From Tubiluchus corallicola (lineage: Eukaryota; Animalia; Priapulida): a stretch of 64,000 bases of DNA. The stretch lies in assembly GCA_030141605.1 (NCBI GenBank), contig JAQGDQ010000187.1:356532-420531 (forward strand), read 5' to 3'. Below are positions 50,059-64,000 of the stretch, one piece after another (position 1 is the first letter of the stretch; every line of letters starts with the position of its first letter). The notes under the pieces were generated by a model. That model was not told the origin of the DNA, did no database searches, and saw only the letters and a list, made by a program, of their open reading frames with translations. Made by a program: the position numbers and the translations under genes.

Positions 50059-53000
50059 ATGTCTGAAGAAATAGAGTGTGACGGCGATTACAGCTTTCAG
50101 GCTGAAAAGCCATTACATTTGTTGTCATCTTACGTGTTCCATGGAGTGCATTTTCCACATCCAGGTCTGTTGAATGCGGGCGGCTTCGCGACCATCGGAA
50201 AACCCGAAACAATCTACAATTTGGAATGCAGAGACGACGACATATTCGTTAGCAGTTATCCCAAGTCTGGTGAGTCGTAACGGTTGGTATTTTTACTCCT
50301 GAAAAGCAAACTCTCTATATCGTTAATTGTTGAATTCATTAACAAATCAATTTTCAATATAATTATTATTTTATTAGTAGGTTATCGTAATACGTACAAG
50401 CCCCAATGGAATGTAATTTCATGCTATACAGAGTAAAGTAGTTTAACTGAGTATAATGCACAGCTTTAGAATGGTTTAGAAAGTAACACACTTTTTATAA
50501 GCCAAGGCGTTTCTTGAGATCGGCCATATATTTCAACGAAGTTATTCCAAATCGAAATCAAATCAAAAGGAATTTATTTAGTGGAAAAGATAAGTCCATA
50601 GAGCATTTAACCAGCTAACATGACGTGCATGTACTTTTGCGATTGCAAAATGTAAGCACTGCCTTGTAGGAGTGGCTTTTTACGCATTAACACACTTCTT
50701 TGAATTCAGGCAGCAAGACTTGTGACTAGTTCCCAAACTCCAGAACAAGGATTAATTAAAAATGCTAACTGAATTTACCGTTGCTAAGCCAACAGGATCA
50801 ACTTGGTGGCAATGTCTTGGTGGCAACAGGCATTGCGTATCTGCTTTCAGGTTATTTTGGTTAAGTGAGTCTACTGGGGGCGCAAATGTTTACTGCGATA
50901 ATATTAATACTGTCTTTAATGCTTCGTGTTACACAACCACTAATGATAAATAATCGAAGTTCTCTTTCAGGAAACACTTGGATGAGAGAAATTGTTTATC
51001 GTATAGTGAAAGATCCAGATGTGAAAAAATTTGACACAAGAATACAAGATATACGATGCCCCGACCTTGAACTTTAGTGAGACATTTTGTATCTTTTCCC
51101 TATTATTTTAATATTTTGGCTTGGTACATTATTTATTGATAATGTTGGTAACCAGTTACTGCTACGTGAGTACATGGCACTAATAAGTGTGGTGACACAG
51201 CAAAGAATCACAGTCACAAATATATATATATACTTACATATACTTATATATATATAAGTATATTACCTTTAGTGTACTTTTTAGATCCAGATCTATGGCA
51301 AAACGTCACATAGCTCAAACCTCACAAACTCTTGCTCGTTGACAGCCGCTACCATAAACATACGAAAACAAGAAAAATAAGCGGACTTTTAGTAACGATA
51401 AGTCACTTATTAAAGATAAAAAAAATCATTGTTATATTTACCTCCATACAAAAAATTGTCTTGCAAATCACGAAAGAAGAGAATTTGATAGTTTCGTTTA
51501 AGAATATGTGCGTAATATGTTAAGGTATTGTGTGAAAGATTAAATGTTGTTACATCACGACCAAAACGTTGATCTTTCATGAAAAGTCTACCGCAACATA
51601 AATCTTATTGTAAAAGTAAAATGTAGATCTTATTACTTATATTTATATTGCAACTAATTATTTTACAGTATCTTAGGACTAACGTTAAACCCAGACTAAA
51701 CTTTGTAAATAAAAGTTTTATTTTGTACAGTGGAATCTGGTAACCTCTTGCTATGCATAGTGCACAAATCTAGAAATTTGAAGTTAATCTATTATTTTGG
51801 AACATTATGCAACGCCAAAAGCTCAAACTTTGAATTGTGACCTTACTGTTAATTTGTAATTCCTAATTAAATTGATCTCAACAACGGTAGCAACGATAAC
51901 GACAGCCCATATCAGTGACGCCGTTTAGTAATAGACTAGTAGTATAGTTTAATTGACAAAGATGATCTTTTTTGCATGGAGTGAAACATATTACATCTAT
52001 CTTATGTCTAGAAAAAGATATATCGTTTTACATTACTATAACAACAAAATAAAAAATAAATAAGCATCGAAAAAACACATCAAACAAAGTTAGATTGTTT
52101 GTTAAATGTACAAATCGTGCGATATACAACATAGCAGAAACAACAAAATAATGTCTGTTTTACTTTTATATACAATTATAAACCTTTGTACTCATGGCTT
52201 TTAGTGAATTGGATGGAGGTGGGTGGAAAGGCCACGAGGCACCGCCACTCAAAGACTTTGAGTCTCCTCGAGTTATGAAGTGTCACTCTCCATGGAATTG
52301 TATGCCAAAAGAGTCAACCATGGAAAATAGTAAAAGCAAGGCAAGTTACTTTTGAAATTACTGCGTATGTATCTTATGATCAATCGTCAGTAAACAATGT
52401 TGGAGCAAGTTAAAGTTACAGCCAGATCAATAATGATGAGTAATTTTGAAAAACTTTACAGATAATTTATGTAAGTCGTAACTTTAAAGATGTGGCAGTA
52501 TCTTTCTACTTTTTTGGGCGAAGTTTGAAAATGCCAGACGGTGAGGGAAACGTCTTTGAGGAGGATATAAAGACAATGACGCAACGTTGGATGAACCGCA
52601 AATGTGAGTATATGAAAAAGAAACAAAATTAATGTTAAGTGCATTTCTGTAAAGCAACACCCAAGGTCCTGTTAGAAAAATACTGCTGTTGATTGTTGTT
52701 TCTGAGTAGGTAATTTTTTGTAGGCACACATTAACAATCTGTTATGGCGGAAATAAACCGATGAGCAACCATCAGACTGCTACTATAACAATTTGTTATG
52801 ACGGAAGTAAACTGATAAGCAACCATCAGACTGCTACTATAGCCTACTGTTTCACCTACTGTAGCCTACTTTGCACTTATTTATTTGTTTTTGTTTTTAT
52901 TTGGCAAAAATAGTTTTTTAAATACGAGCTGCATTTGATATCTACATTTTTTCAACTATTGTAAACCTCAATCCATAAAAAATGAATTGGCTACTTTTTT

Positions 53001-54133
53001 CTTGGCAGAAATCATCTTGGTAGCAACTTGCTGAGCTTCCATGCTTTCATACTGCGAGTTGTCAGATTTACGAATACAACCTTTTATTTTGCATTAACAA
53101 TCCGCGATAAATTAGAAAATGTTTTTGTTTTTAGCCGTATACGGAGGCTATGTTTTCCATAACCTAGGATTTTGGGAGCAGAGACATAAAGATAATGTTT
53201 TGTTTATATTCTATGAAGACATGGTAAAGGTGAGCTACTCCAGAATTTTTTCAGTTCGTTTGGAAACTGACTTCATTCATTGGTTAAAATACATACAGAT
53301 TTGGCTTGGTAGCCTACTATATACTCGATTATCACGGGAAATTCTTCTATTACTTTAACCTAAACTCTTAATGGCAGGATCCAGTTGCGGCTGTGAAGAA
53401 AGTGGCAAATTTCGTTGGACAAAAACTGGCAGACGAGCAGATAATGAAAATCGTAGCTGAAACATCGTTTGACAAGATGAAAAATGACCGGTCCTGTAAT
53501 TGGGAGTTTCTTGCAGACGTGGGATTTCGAGATAAGGGTGCTACGCCATTCATGAGAAAAGGTACTACATGTATAATGATTACAACGAGTATTGGTAGCC
53601 AATTTTAGCGTTCCCGATATTTTTAGTGAGTTTGTGTGTCAGAATTTTCATTGTTCTTAAATACTTCTAACCTAAAAAATATACCACACACACGTTACTT
53701 ATTATCACTAGTGAACAAAATAACAGTACATGTATAGTGGTAATTACTCAATGTAGCTACTAGATAGATATCAAACATCAGCTATCTATATGAAATTAGT
53801 TTCTGTTCAAACAATATTGATATCATCAACACATCTTATTCGTAATCATGTAATTAGGTATTGATGATATCGTCAAAACCTTGCTCACCTTACACTTACA
53901 TATATATATATATATATATATATACTTATATATATAATGACTTTTTATGTGGGCAACCTGATTTTCTTTTGCTTCTCTGACATAAATTTTGATTAAAACA
54001 ATCATTTGTTAATTTTTTAGGAAAAGTTGGAAACTGGAAGGAACATTTTGATGACGAACTAAACAAAATGACGGACGAGTTCATTCAGAAAAATTTCAAA
54101 GGAACAGGATTGACCTTCACTTACGAATTATAG
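50059..54133 (+). CDS. Cytosolic PAPS-dependent sulfotransferase (SULT1-like), ~328 aa
   Basis: Exons 50059-50269, 50971-51076, 52205-52340, 52462-52603, 53135-53229, 53378-53561, 54021-54133 (987 nt). Motifs: RDDDIFVSSYPKSGNTW (5'-PSB), PRVMKCHSP (catalytic His), YVSRNFKDVAVSFY (3'-PB), FYEDM, FMRKGKVGNWK. Confidence 0.93.
52732..52840. repeat. 54-bp tandem duplication in a sulfotransferase intron
   Basis: taacaatctgttatggcggaaataaaccgatgagcaaccatcagactgctacta twice, with several mismatches. Confidence 0.85.
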
Positions 54134-56448
54134 ACTTAACAGCTATGGTTATTATGCCCTCTGCTATTATATAGAGCCTAATTGTTTCAGCATTAATATG
54201 AATATAACCCTACACAAACAGGTAGGTCTTCGCACCTTCCAAATTATCGCATAGAAACAACACATGAATATACAATTAACTGATGTGTATCTGTTTTGCG
54301 TTATATTATTTTGGAAATATTACATTAAATGGCGCTTTTGTGGTAGTTCTGGTACTTTATTTGTATACTGTTGTATGTCTAAAACTTTCTTAGTTATGAT
54401 TAGTCCTAGTTCAGTTTGCAATAGTGCGCTAGTACCGTTATCTTTCAGACAGCTTTTACATAAGGCTGAATTCAGTTTCTAAGGCAATACTAGCATGGGT
54501 ACAGGTAACCTGATGACATCATCCCCACCTGTTTATTGATATAATAGCGAAGCATAAAATATCGGAAGTATTAAGGTATTGCAAAATAAGAAACCGCTAA
54601 CCGGTAAAAAATAGCTGACGTAATTATCCCGACTTTCCTCATTGACTAATTCTGAAAAAGAAAGATACGATCAGCACGCCGTGTAGGAACCAGACAATCA
54701 AAGTCAACGGGACCAGACAGTGCGAATTTTCAGCAGCCGATCTATTAGCTTGATTGAAATTCAGAACATCTTAATTAACCAGAGATGGAAAAAGCAGCGA
54801 CAGCCAATTAAAATAAAGTAAAATCTCGTCGTTTGAAATCTGGAAAGGGAAAGCTTATTATAAAAAGATTAGTTATTATAATGCATGTAAAACTTTTTTA
54901 TAACAAGACTTGCCTATAAACTACCAAACTTGTATGGAACTTTGGCTAAAAATAATATGAACAAATGAAATACCCAACTCCCATCGAGAGCAAGCTTCAC
55001 GAGTAGTAAAACTGTTGGAGCTAGAAATCTGAACGGACAGATGCAACTTCCGATCAGTCTACCGGGAAACCACTGAACACAATGAATACAGTATAGAAGG
55101 AGACGGTGCAACATATTTCTTCGTTCTTCAGCAATAGACATTAAATGTCATCAGTGCTTTTCTCGCCGTTGGTGCAATAGGATCTTTTACAGGAATTGGT
55201 GTTTGCAACATGTTAAGGATCTAATCTTAATCGATTTTCGTGAAGCAATGAATCTGTTAGGTGGGTTATCAAGAAAGCACGGCATCACCCAGTTTTCGCC
55301 TGGCAGATTGTCAAACTACTTATTGAGGATGCACTTATCAGTTATGACACTGGAAGCTGCTATATGTCAGAGATGAGAAGAACTCGTCAAAATTATGATT
55401 GGTATGCACTATTCATAAGTACACCTCTTTATCTTGTACAGTAGTAGCGATGAAAGCTAATAATGAATACTTATTACAATTACATTTCATGGCATCTTTT
55501 AATGCAAAAGCAATCAGTACTCGACTGCTGCTTAAAAATTTGTGATATACCCTTTGGTAGCACTGATCTAACACGAATTTATTCAATTCAATTCAGCATT
55601 ATTTTCTCAACATTACTCAAAAAGAATACTTATATGACAAATTCAATGTAACTGACGAGCACCGGAAGACCAACAGGTCACTTAATCAGCCAGCCTTTAT
55701 TAAAAGCAAAAGTTTAGTTACAGACGCAGTAAAGTTTTTGGGCGACTATTAGCTACTGTACGAAAAAAATTGCAGTAGTAAAATAAAGTAGGAATGCTAC
55801 GAGCATATGTACTGTGAACAATTTTTCTGGTCAAATGTCAATTAATGGAGAGTCTGCACATTGCAGTAATACAGAAAATATTTGCCTTGTTAGCCTAAGG
55901 CTTGTAGAAGTAAGCACTTACTTGGTATCCTTTAAGTCTAGTGAGTCAGCAAAGGCTCGTGATGTGCAATAAAACATATAACTTAAGACATGCAAAACAG
56001 CAACTAATATCAAACATATACATGTAACTTAAGAACAGTAAGAAAAAAGTATTGATTTATTAGATTGTGATGGGCGTTAAACAGTTTTTACTCAGATTCT
56101 TAATTTTAGCTACACAATCAAACATTAGTCTTAATTAGTGGTAAATTAGTTGCCTTGCATACTATGTGCACAGTTTTTCGCGTACATTATTCCTCATTGC
56201 GAAATTTATTCGCATATTTTTAAGATTTGGGGATATCACTTTTTCGTTTAGCCACAGACACAGAATACTAGGTTTACGTGAAATTTGAAAATCCGCTGTC
56301 CGCAAAAATGTAGGCTACATCAAAAGCTTTTTTGTACGAAATTATAAGAGTTATAATCATTAATCAATTATAAATAGCGTAATCCGCAAAAGAATATTGC
56401 TTGTAAACAATAAACAGTTGAACGTAGGCAAGAAAAAACTTTGACTAA

Positions 56449-56601
56449 AGTTTACAATTCCATACACACAAGAAATTAGTTCGTGAAGCGAATTAGGATT
56501 AGGATTAGTGTTAGGGTTGGGGTTAGGACTAGTGTTAGGGTTAGGGCTAGGGTTAGGATTAGGGCTAGGGTATATACATTGTGTGAGGAATTGTAAACTC
56601 T
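56449..56601. mobile_element. Hairpin element with an internal degenerate (TTAGGG)n tract
   Basis: 13-bp perfect inverted repeat agtttacaattcc/ggaattgtaaact, plus cacacaa/ttgtgtg, around ~90 bp of telomere-like hexamers. Confidence 0.7.
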
Positions 56602-57099
56602 TACAATTCTTTTTATGAAAACACACAAAACTTTTTATGAAAACAAATCTGGAATACAAATATAGTTAAGTTGTACACGGTAATATAACATGTAAAATGT
56701 AGCTGTTGGCCACTGTTTGCGAAAATCACAGTCAAATATATATTTTGAACGTTACAAAATATAAAATAGCTACTGAATAATAGTATTACGCAGTATAATA
56801 ATAATAATATCAGATGTTACGCTGTGATACTCTCAGTAATTTGTTGATCGTCGACTGATACGCTGGATACAACTGATAACATCTGAAATACTGCGACTGG
56901 TATTATCTATTTAATTGTAGTGTTCAGTAATTGAACAATATGCTGTCGAGATTTTGCTAACCTTGCTCTATTGATGAGAATCTTTACTTGGCTGATAAAA
57001 TCAACCGGCTTATAGCACAGTTACATGTTATGACAGAACTTCATGGACTTGACAAATCATCTCATTCACATAATTTACCTTCTGCCTCCACACCTACTG

Positions 57100-59230
57100 T
57101 TACTAGAGGAATACTTGTTAGTGTTAGGAAAAAACAAAAAATGTATGTCACATTATTTAAATCTAATGATGTGAATAAGCAAAATAAATATAAAACATAT
57201 GCCTATATCCTGAATAAATTAAAAAATAAAAGCAAAGAACTATATTATATTAAGAAATTTCAGTCAACAAATAAAGATATTAAATCAATGTGGAAAATAA
57301 TCAATGAACTAGTAAAACTAAAAGCCCAAAAGAATTGTCCTACTAAATTAGTTATTAATAATGACAAATAACCCAACCCCAGTTAATGGCTGATAAATTT
57401 AATAAGTTTTCTGTTGAAGTTGGATCAACATTGGCACAAAATATTCCAAATGTCAATAAGCATCATCTTTCGTATTTAACTGGTAATCTCGCTAATGAAT
57501 TTAGATTTGAACCTACTAATGAAGTAGAAGTGCTTTCATTATTAACAAGACTTAAGGGTAACAAAGCCCCTGGTGCAGATGGTGTCAGTAATTTTTTTGT
57601 TAAAATCGCTAGTTACATCATTTCGAAGCCATTAACTTTTATAATTAATCAATCATTTAATACTGGTATTTTTCCCGAACAGCTTAAACTCACTAAAGTA
57701 ATTCCTGTTTATAAATCAAATAGTAAAACTAAGTTATCTAATTATCGACCAATTTCACTATTAAGTGTTTTTTCTAAAATACTCGAAAAAAATCGCATTT
57801 AATCAACTGTCCTCTTTTCTTTTACAAAACAAAGTTTTATATGACTATCAATTCGGTTTTCGAAAGTCGCATTCAACAGCATTAGCATTAATTGAAATAA
57901 CTAATAAAATTGTAGAGGCGCTTGATAATGATCAGTATGTCTGTGGTCTGTTTATAGATTTATCAAAGGCATTTGATACGGTAAATCATTGTATTCTTCT
58001 AGACAAATTGCATTATTATGGTATAAGACATTCAGCTCAATCATGGTTCAAAAGTTATCTTTGTGATCGTCTCCAGTATGTCGAACTAAATGGATGTAAA
58101 TCCAATACACTTCCAATTAAGCATGGTGTTCCCCAAGGTTCTACTCTAGGACCACTTTTATTTCTCTATATATAAATGATATGCCACTAAGTTGCTCAAA
58201 TTTAATCTTCAGACTTTTTGCAGATGACACAAATATTTTTTTAAGTGATTCAAATATAGATAACTTGGAGAGTGTTATGAATACCCAGTTAAATAAAGTA
58301 ACAGAATGGTTGAATGTCAATAAGCTCTCAATGAATATTAATAAATCTAACTTCATGCTTCTAAAAAAGAAAAGGAGAACACCATCAAGAAATATAACAA
58401 TAGTTCTTAGTAATGTTATTGTTGAAAAGAAAGTTACATGTTAAATATATGGGAATATTTCTTGATGAGCACCTAGACTGGAAGTACCAAATAAGTATAA
58501 TAAAGCATAAATTGAGTAAAACCTTGGGAATCATCTATAAATTACGCAAGTTTGTTAATAGAGAAACATTGATGAAAATCTATTACAGTTTAGTCTACCC
58601 ATATCTAATATATGGCGTCATGTCTTGGGGTGGTGTATATAAAAGTAATCTGGAAGCTTTACAAATTACCCAGAACAAAATTATCAAACTAATATATCAT
58701 GTAAGGTATGACCATCCCACAAATATAATTTATTTGTCTGTTAAAACTCTTAAAGTGAAAGAAATATATGACATGTATTGTCTTCATTTCATGTATCACT
58801 ATCATAATTCACTACTTCCACCAGCTTTTCAGTCATACTTTAGTCCAGTTTCAAATCAACATGATCATTACACAAGATATTCAGTCGAAAACTATGTACT
58901 CCCCTTTCCAAAAACAAATATAATGAAACAGTCATCAAAATATAATGCTATTAAAATATGATCATCAATTCCGCGTGAAATGAAAACTCTTAATCTTTAT
59001 CAATTTAAAAAGCATCAAAGAATTACCTACCACAACGGCATAATCAACTCACAATTTTACTCATCCTGATCTTAAGTTACTAACAAAACTTATTTTGTTC
59101 TAATGTATGCTATAACTGATGAAAATGTAATGTTAATTGTCAATTGTTTCACTTATCTGGAGGAGGACTCGAAAGCTAAATGCTCCTTCCTCCTCCTCAC
59201 AGTAACTCGCATAGTTTATTTTTTTTCAAT
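57100..59230 (+). mobile_element. 5'-truncated, frameshifted LINE (L2/CR1 group, Crack-like)
   Basis: Consecutive ORF pieces: KAPGADG, KVIPVYK, NYRPISLLSVFSKILEK, QFGFRKSHST, FIDLSKAFDTVNH, GVPQGSTLGPLLF, LFADDT, KYMGIFLDEHLDWK. No endonuclease domain. 3' UTR stem-loop ggaggagga...tcctcctcc at ~59159-59197. Confidence 0.92.
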
Positions 59231-59319
59231 GTTATCATAATTCATAATTGACCTACAGCCTCTAATGTATCACAGGTAATGTTTCAAAATTATTACACAC
59301 ATACACACGGTAAAGTACA

Positions 59320-62300
59320 AAGTAAAGTCCCTAAATTAGAAATCAAAAGTTTTAGTAGGGATCTAAGTGATGTGGAAAAATTTCAGCATCTTTAGTTGAA
59401 ACTTACTGGTGCAGCAGCTCGTTCTATAGATGGTTACGTAACTTGCAAAGAGAATTATCCTACTGATTTGTCAGTGCTTAAAGAACCCTTTGGTAATGAA
59501 GATGTTTTGCTTGATAGACATTACAAAGCTCTGTCTTCTTTAGAATGTGTTGGTGAAGGTGCAGATGTTGCGCAGTTTTTTAGATAGGCTTGAAGTCCAT
59601 TTGCGTTCTATAGAGCGTGCTGGAAGAAAAATAGATGATTATATGGTAGTTCCACTAATAACTAGCCGCTTACCCAAATCTGTGCTTGCAGCTATTCGAG
59701 ATTCACTGAAAAGCGTAAGTCTTGGACCACCGAAGACCTTCGTGACCGTTTGCAGAATTATGTTGCTAACTTGGAAGCTGTTGAAGAAGAAGCTTCTTCA
59801 CTTGGTGCTCTTCGGAAGCCAGATCTCTTCAACCGTAAGCCTGATTATTCCAAATCACAGAGTGTTTCTCGAGGTGAGAGTGTATTGCAGGTAGTGGATC
59901 AGCCTAAGAAGACAGCACCCCAGTCGCGGCAAAAACCCAGTAACGCTTCTGGTAGGAAAATTCTTTGTACTGTTCATTCTAGTGCTGCAGCTTGTAAAGC
60001 ACTTTTAGCCTTTAGGTGCCTTAAGTGTTTAAGCGTTAACCATTATGCACCTAACTGTAAGACTTCACGTGTTTGTGTCCATTGTAGCCGACCAGGTCAT
60101 CACCGAAGTCTTTGTTTAAAGAAGTTTCCCCCGGTAACAGGTGCTGTTGCAGATGCGAATAGTCATCCTGATGTTTAGTTTCCAACTACATAAGCTATTT
60201 CAGAAAAGGCTCTGTATTCAACTACCTCGGTGAGCGTATGTATGCAAACTGCTTCTTGCATTGTAAGTAATCCTGTTACTAATCAAAGGGTTTAAGTTTA
60301 ATGCAACGCTTGATTTTAGGAAGTGCTTGTTCTTATATAACTGAACGTTTAGCTGTGCAATTAGGCATTAAGCCAACTAAATGTGAGTTTTTACAAATTG
60401 CTACTTTTGGCAGTCATACCTTATCTAGGGTACCGTGCTTTACAACACGTGTTAATTTGATTACTAAAGAAAATTTGTACCTACCGTTAGTTGTCCGCGT
60501 AGTTGAATGCATATCTTCCCCTACATTGCGTGAACCTTTGCCACGTGAAATAGCTGATTTTCTAGAACGTACTTACGGCTATAGTTTAGCCGATGACTAT
60601 TGTAATCCAAACCATCATATCAATACCACAGATTTGTTAATTGGTAGTGATTACTACTTCCAAACTCTTTTGCCATTTAAGGAAGAAATTAGACCTGGTT
60701 GCAACATGTTTAGGATACGTCTTAGGAGGAACATATCCAAATTTCAAGAAAACTGCTTTAGTCCCTGAGCACAAAGCTGGATTACTTTGCATAGAACCAG
60801 GTATTACAACTGATGGTTTAGTTACTTTGGAGAAAGACAGCTTAGAAACATCATTAGCAGCCTTTGATCGTAGTATCAACAAAATAAACATGACATTAAT
60901 TTGGATGTAAACCGATTTTGGGATTTAGACTTGTTGGGAATTTCTGACTGCCCAACAAGTGCTGGAGATTTAGAAGCTAAAAAGAATTTTGATAATACTA
61001 TTAACTATCGTGACGGCCGCTATTACGTATCATGACCTTGGCGATGTAGACAAGATATACTTCCTGATAATTTGCACTTTCACTAGGCCAATTAAAATCT
61101 TACTTGCGTCGTTTAGTTAAACAACCACAGTTCTTAGAGAAATATGACAGTGTCATTCAGGATCAGTTAGAAAAAAGGTATCATTGAGCCTGTTACCGAA
61201 GATACCGTTACAGGTAAAACTATTCATTATATTCCTCATCACCCAGTTATCACACCCCCCCCCCCCCAGAGAGCTAGCACTAAATTAAGAATAGTTTATA
61301 ATGCCTATGCTAAGGTAAATAAATCTAGTCCGTTCCTAAATGACTGTTTATACCGCGGTCCTGTTCTAATGCCTGACTGATGTGGTGTACTTCTTCGTTT
61401 CAGGATGCACGAGTACGGATTAGTTAGGGACATTGAGAAGGCCTACCTTGCAGTTGGTTTACATGAGCCTGATCGAGACGTCACACGTTTTCTTTGATTA
61501 AAGGATATTGGTAGCACTGATCCTACTGGTAACTTGCGAATATTTCGTTTTACTCGCTGTCCGTTTGGCACTCTGAGTAGCCCATGGATGCTAGCAGGTA
61601 CTGTCCAGCATCATCTTAGTAAAATGTCTGGTAAGATACCCATTGCGAGTCGCATTCTAGCTAACATGTAGCTGGTGTTGCCACAACTGATGAAGCCATT
61701 TCCTTCTAAAAATTAGCTAAAGATCTGTTTTCCACGGCATCTACAAATTTGAGGGAATGGGGTTTTAATAACCTAGAGTTTATTGCTTCTCTTCCTGAGG
61801 AAGATAAAATTGCATCCTCAGAAATTAAAGTATTAGGATTAAAATGGAACACCAAGGATGACACATTGTCTATTTCGCATAAGATTGATGTAAACATGCA
61901 CAATTGTTCCACTAAACGTGAGATATTAAAACAAGTTGCAGTCGTTTGACCCCTGTGGTTATGCATCTCCGCTTACACTTGATGCAAAGTTGTTTTAACT
62001 CAACTTTGGGTAGAAAAGTATGGCTGGGACCAGCCACTTAGTAAGCATCATTTAGAACAATGGAAATTGATTGCTGATCGCTTGTACACCATTTTTTCTT
62101 TGTATATAGCCCGTTGTGTTTGTACAAATATGGATGATGATATTTTATTTGATCTGTTATGTTTTACTGATACTTCTATGTATGCTTATGCTTGTGTTGT
62201 CTTTTTACGCCAGGTACTTCATGATGGGCAGGTTAGAGTGGATTTGGTCTTTTGAAAGACTCGCCTCGCTCCAAAGAATGTCAGCATTCCACGCTTAAAA

Positions 62301-64000
62301 CTTTTTGGAGTTTTAGTTGGCACTCGAGCTGTTAACTATGTTTGTCAAGAACTTAAGTTGAATACTGTAGCATGTACACTATTTACTGACTCTTTGTGCG
62401 TATTATACTGGTTAAAGTCTAGTAAACCTCTTAACGTTTGTGCACAACAGTGTAGTAGACAATTTTTTCTTTCGCTATGTACCATTTGAGCGGAACATTG
62501 CTGATTGTGCTACCAGGCCAAATTTTGGTCCGTTATCTGAAAGTTGGTTTCATGTGCCTGAATTTTTGCTTTCTGAAAAAACGCAAATGGCCTACTTGTG
62601 ATTTGCCTTCTCTTACATCTTTGCAATTAGAGCAGATAGAGGCAGAGGTCAAAACTAAAGAGTCTAAAGAAATGATTGCTTTTGAACCTGTTCTTAGTGC
62701 TACAGATAATGTTAAATGTGATCTTACTTTGTCATATCAGTTAACAAGTTCTCTTCTCTTCTCAGGTTGCTTCGAACGACGTGCTACGTCTTTAAAGCTG
62801 TGAAACGGTTTCGTAATCCGACTTGGAAGAGTCAACTTTAGCATGGGTGAGGCAGGCACATCGCCTTTTCACTCCTGAGCAGCTGAGAAATACGAAAAAT
62901 TTAGGTCTCATCATAGATGAGGATGGTATTATTCTATATACAGGACGCTTAGATAACCTAATTAGTTATGGTTCTCAAAGGTGTATCCTCTTACCTAAGG
63001 ATCATGAATTTACAAAATTAGTGGTAAGACATGTTCATGTTACTAATTTACATCCTGGCCCATCTCAGACACTCGCATTAGTGCGTCAAAAATATTGGAT
63101 TTCCAGTGGGCGTATTGTCACCCGCCGGGTTTTGTCTGACTGTCAATCATGTCGTACAATTGATGGGGTCCTTACGCCTTACCTAAAATGGCGGACCTTC
63201 CTTTATCACGGATAAAAGTCACTAAACCTTTTTTGTATTGTGGACTCGACTACTTCGGTCCAGTAAGGGTAAAGATTTTTTAGAGTGGGTAACACCGTGT
63301 TCGCGAAGGCACGGATTTGTCGTTTTACATGTTTTGTCACCCGTGGGGTCCACTTAGAGTTAGTCCACAATCTGACAGCAGAACATTTTGCACTTTGTCT
63401 GCAAAGATTTTTTGCTAGGCGTGGGCTTCCAAAGTTTATTCTCTCTGATAAATTTTCATCATTTAAACTAGCTCATGAAACTATTAATTACATCTTTGTG
63501 AATGCTGTATTAGACTCAGTTATTGCTAAAGGGGTGGAATGGCATTTTATAACACCAAAGGCAGCTTGGACATATGGCGTCTATGAACGTTTGAACAGCT
63601 TGGTTAAAAAGGCGCTTAGAAAGACTATAGCTAGTCGCCCCTTAACACCTGTGCAGCTAACTACTTTAATTACACAGGTAGAGTCTATGATTAATAATAG
63701 ACCCATTGTCTGTGTGGATGCAGATATAAATTCATCTGTTGCTCTTACACCTATAGGTTCTTGAATCTATACCTGATTTCGATTATGATGTTCGGGACTT
63801 CCTTGCTGGCAAGAAAGTTTAAGCAAGGAATTTACTCAACGTTTGGAAGAAAGGTCGATTTTACCTCGATCGTTTTTGGGACATCTAGCGATCAGAATAC
63901 CTTTCTAGTCTTCGTGAGCGTCATCAGACTTATGTTAAACAAGGGAAGGTGACTCGACAACCTTCCCCGTGGACAATGGCGATACGGGAAAATATTAGAG
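59320..64000 (+). mobile_element. Degenerate BEL/Pao LTR retrotransposon gag-pol, running off the window end
   Basis: Gag (KVPKLEIKSF, LTGAAARSIDG), Cys/His knuckles (CLKCLSVNHYAPNC...CVHCSRPGHHRSLC), protease remnant, RT (HYIPHHPV, LNDCLYRGP, DIEKAY, DRDVTRFL, PFG), RNase H (CFTDTSMYAYA), integrase (H..H..WI..CQSC, LDYFGP, TRGVHLELV, GVYERL, INNRP). Many stops and frameshifts. Confidence 0.92.

Noticed and set aside
54900-55440. Possible transposon-derived coding remnant
   Set aside because: No diagnostic motif recognisable in the frames I read.

Overview
AT-rich, intron-rich animal (probably invertebrate) genomic DNA, not prokaryotic. Most short ORFs in the track are exon read-throughs, antisense shadows or microsatellite artefacts. 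Reading splice sites and frames by eye gives three + strand genes. (1) The 3' part of a DOCK-D (DOCK9/10/11, zizimin) Cdc42-type GEF, 237 to ~22823, including the DHR2 domain. (2) A complete 11-coding-exon GPI-type ecto-5'-nucleotidase (CD73/NT5E-like, ~589 aa, 29996-44285). (3) A complete 7-coding-exon cytosolic sulfotransferase (~328 aa, 50059-54133). Introns and intergenic DNA hold decayed mobile elements: several LINE fragments, an internally deleted Harbinger element, a foldback-like element with a nested insertion, a tRNA-derived SINE head and a TTAGGG-containing hairpin element. The window ends in a 5'-truncated L2/Crack-like LINE abutting a dead BEL/Pao retrotransposon. I found no convincing wholly new biological system. 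The most interesting signals are in DOCK splicing: three candidate alternative last exons (two ending in PDZ-binding motifs), a symmetric 30-nt microexon, a duplicated decoy splice acceptor and a GC-AG intron. All coordinates were counted manually and no searches were run.
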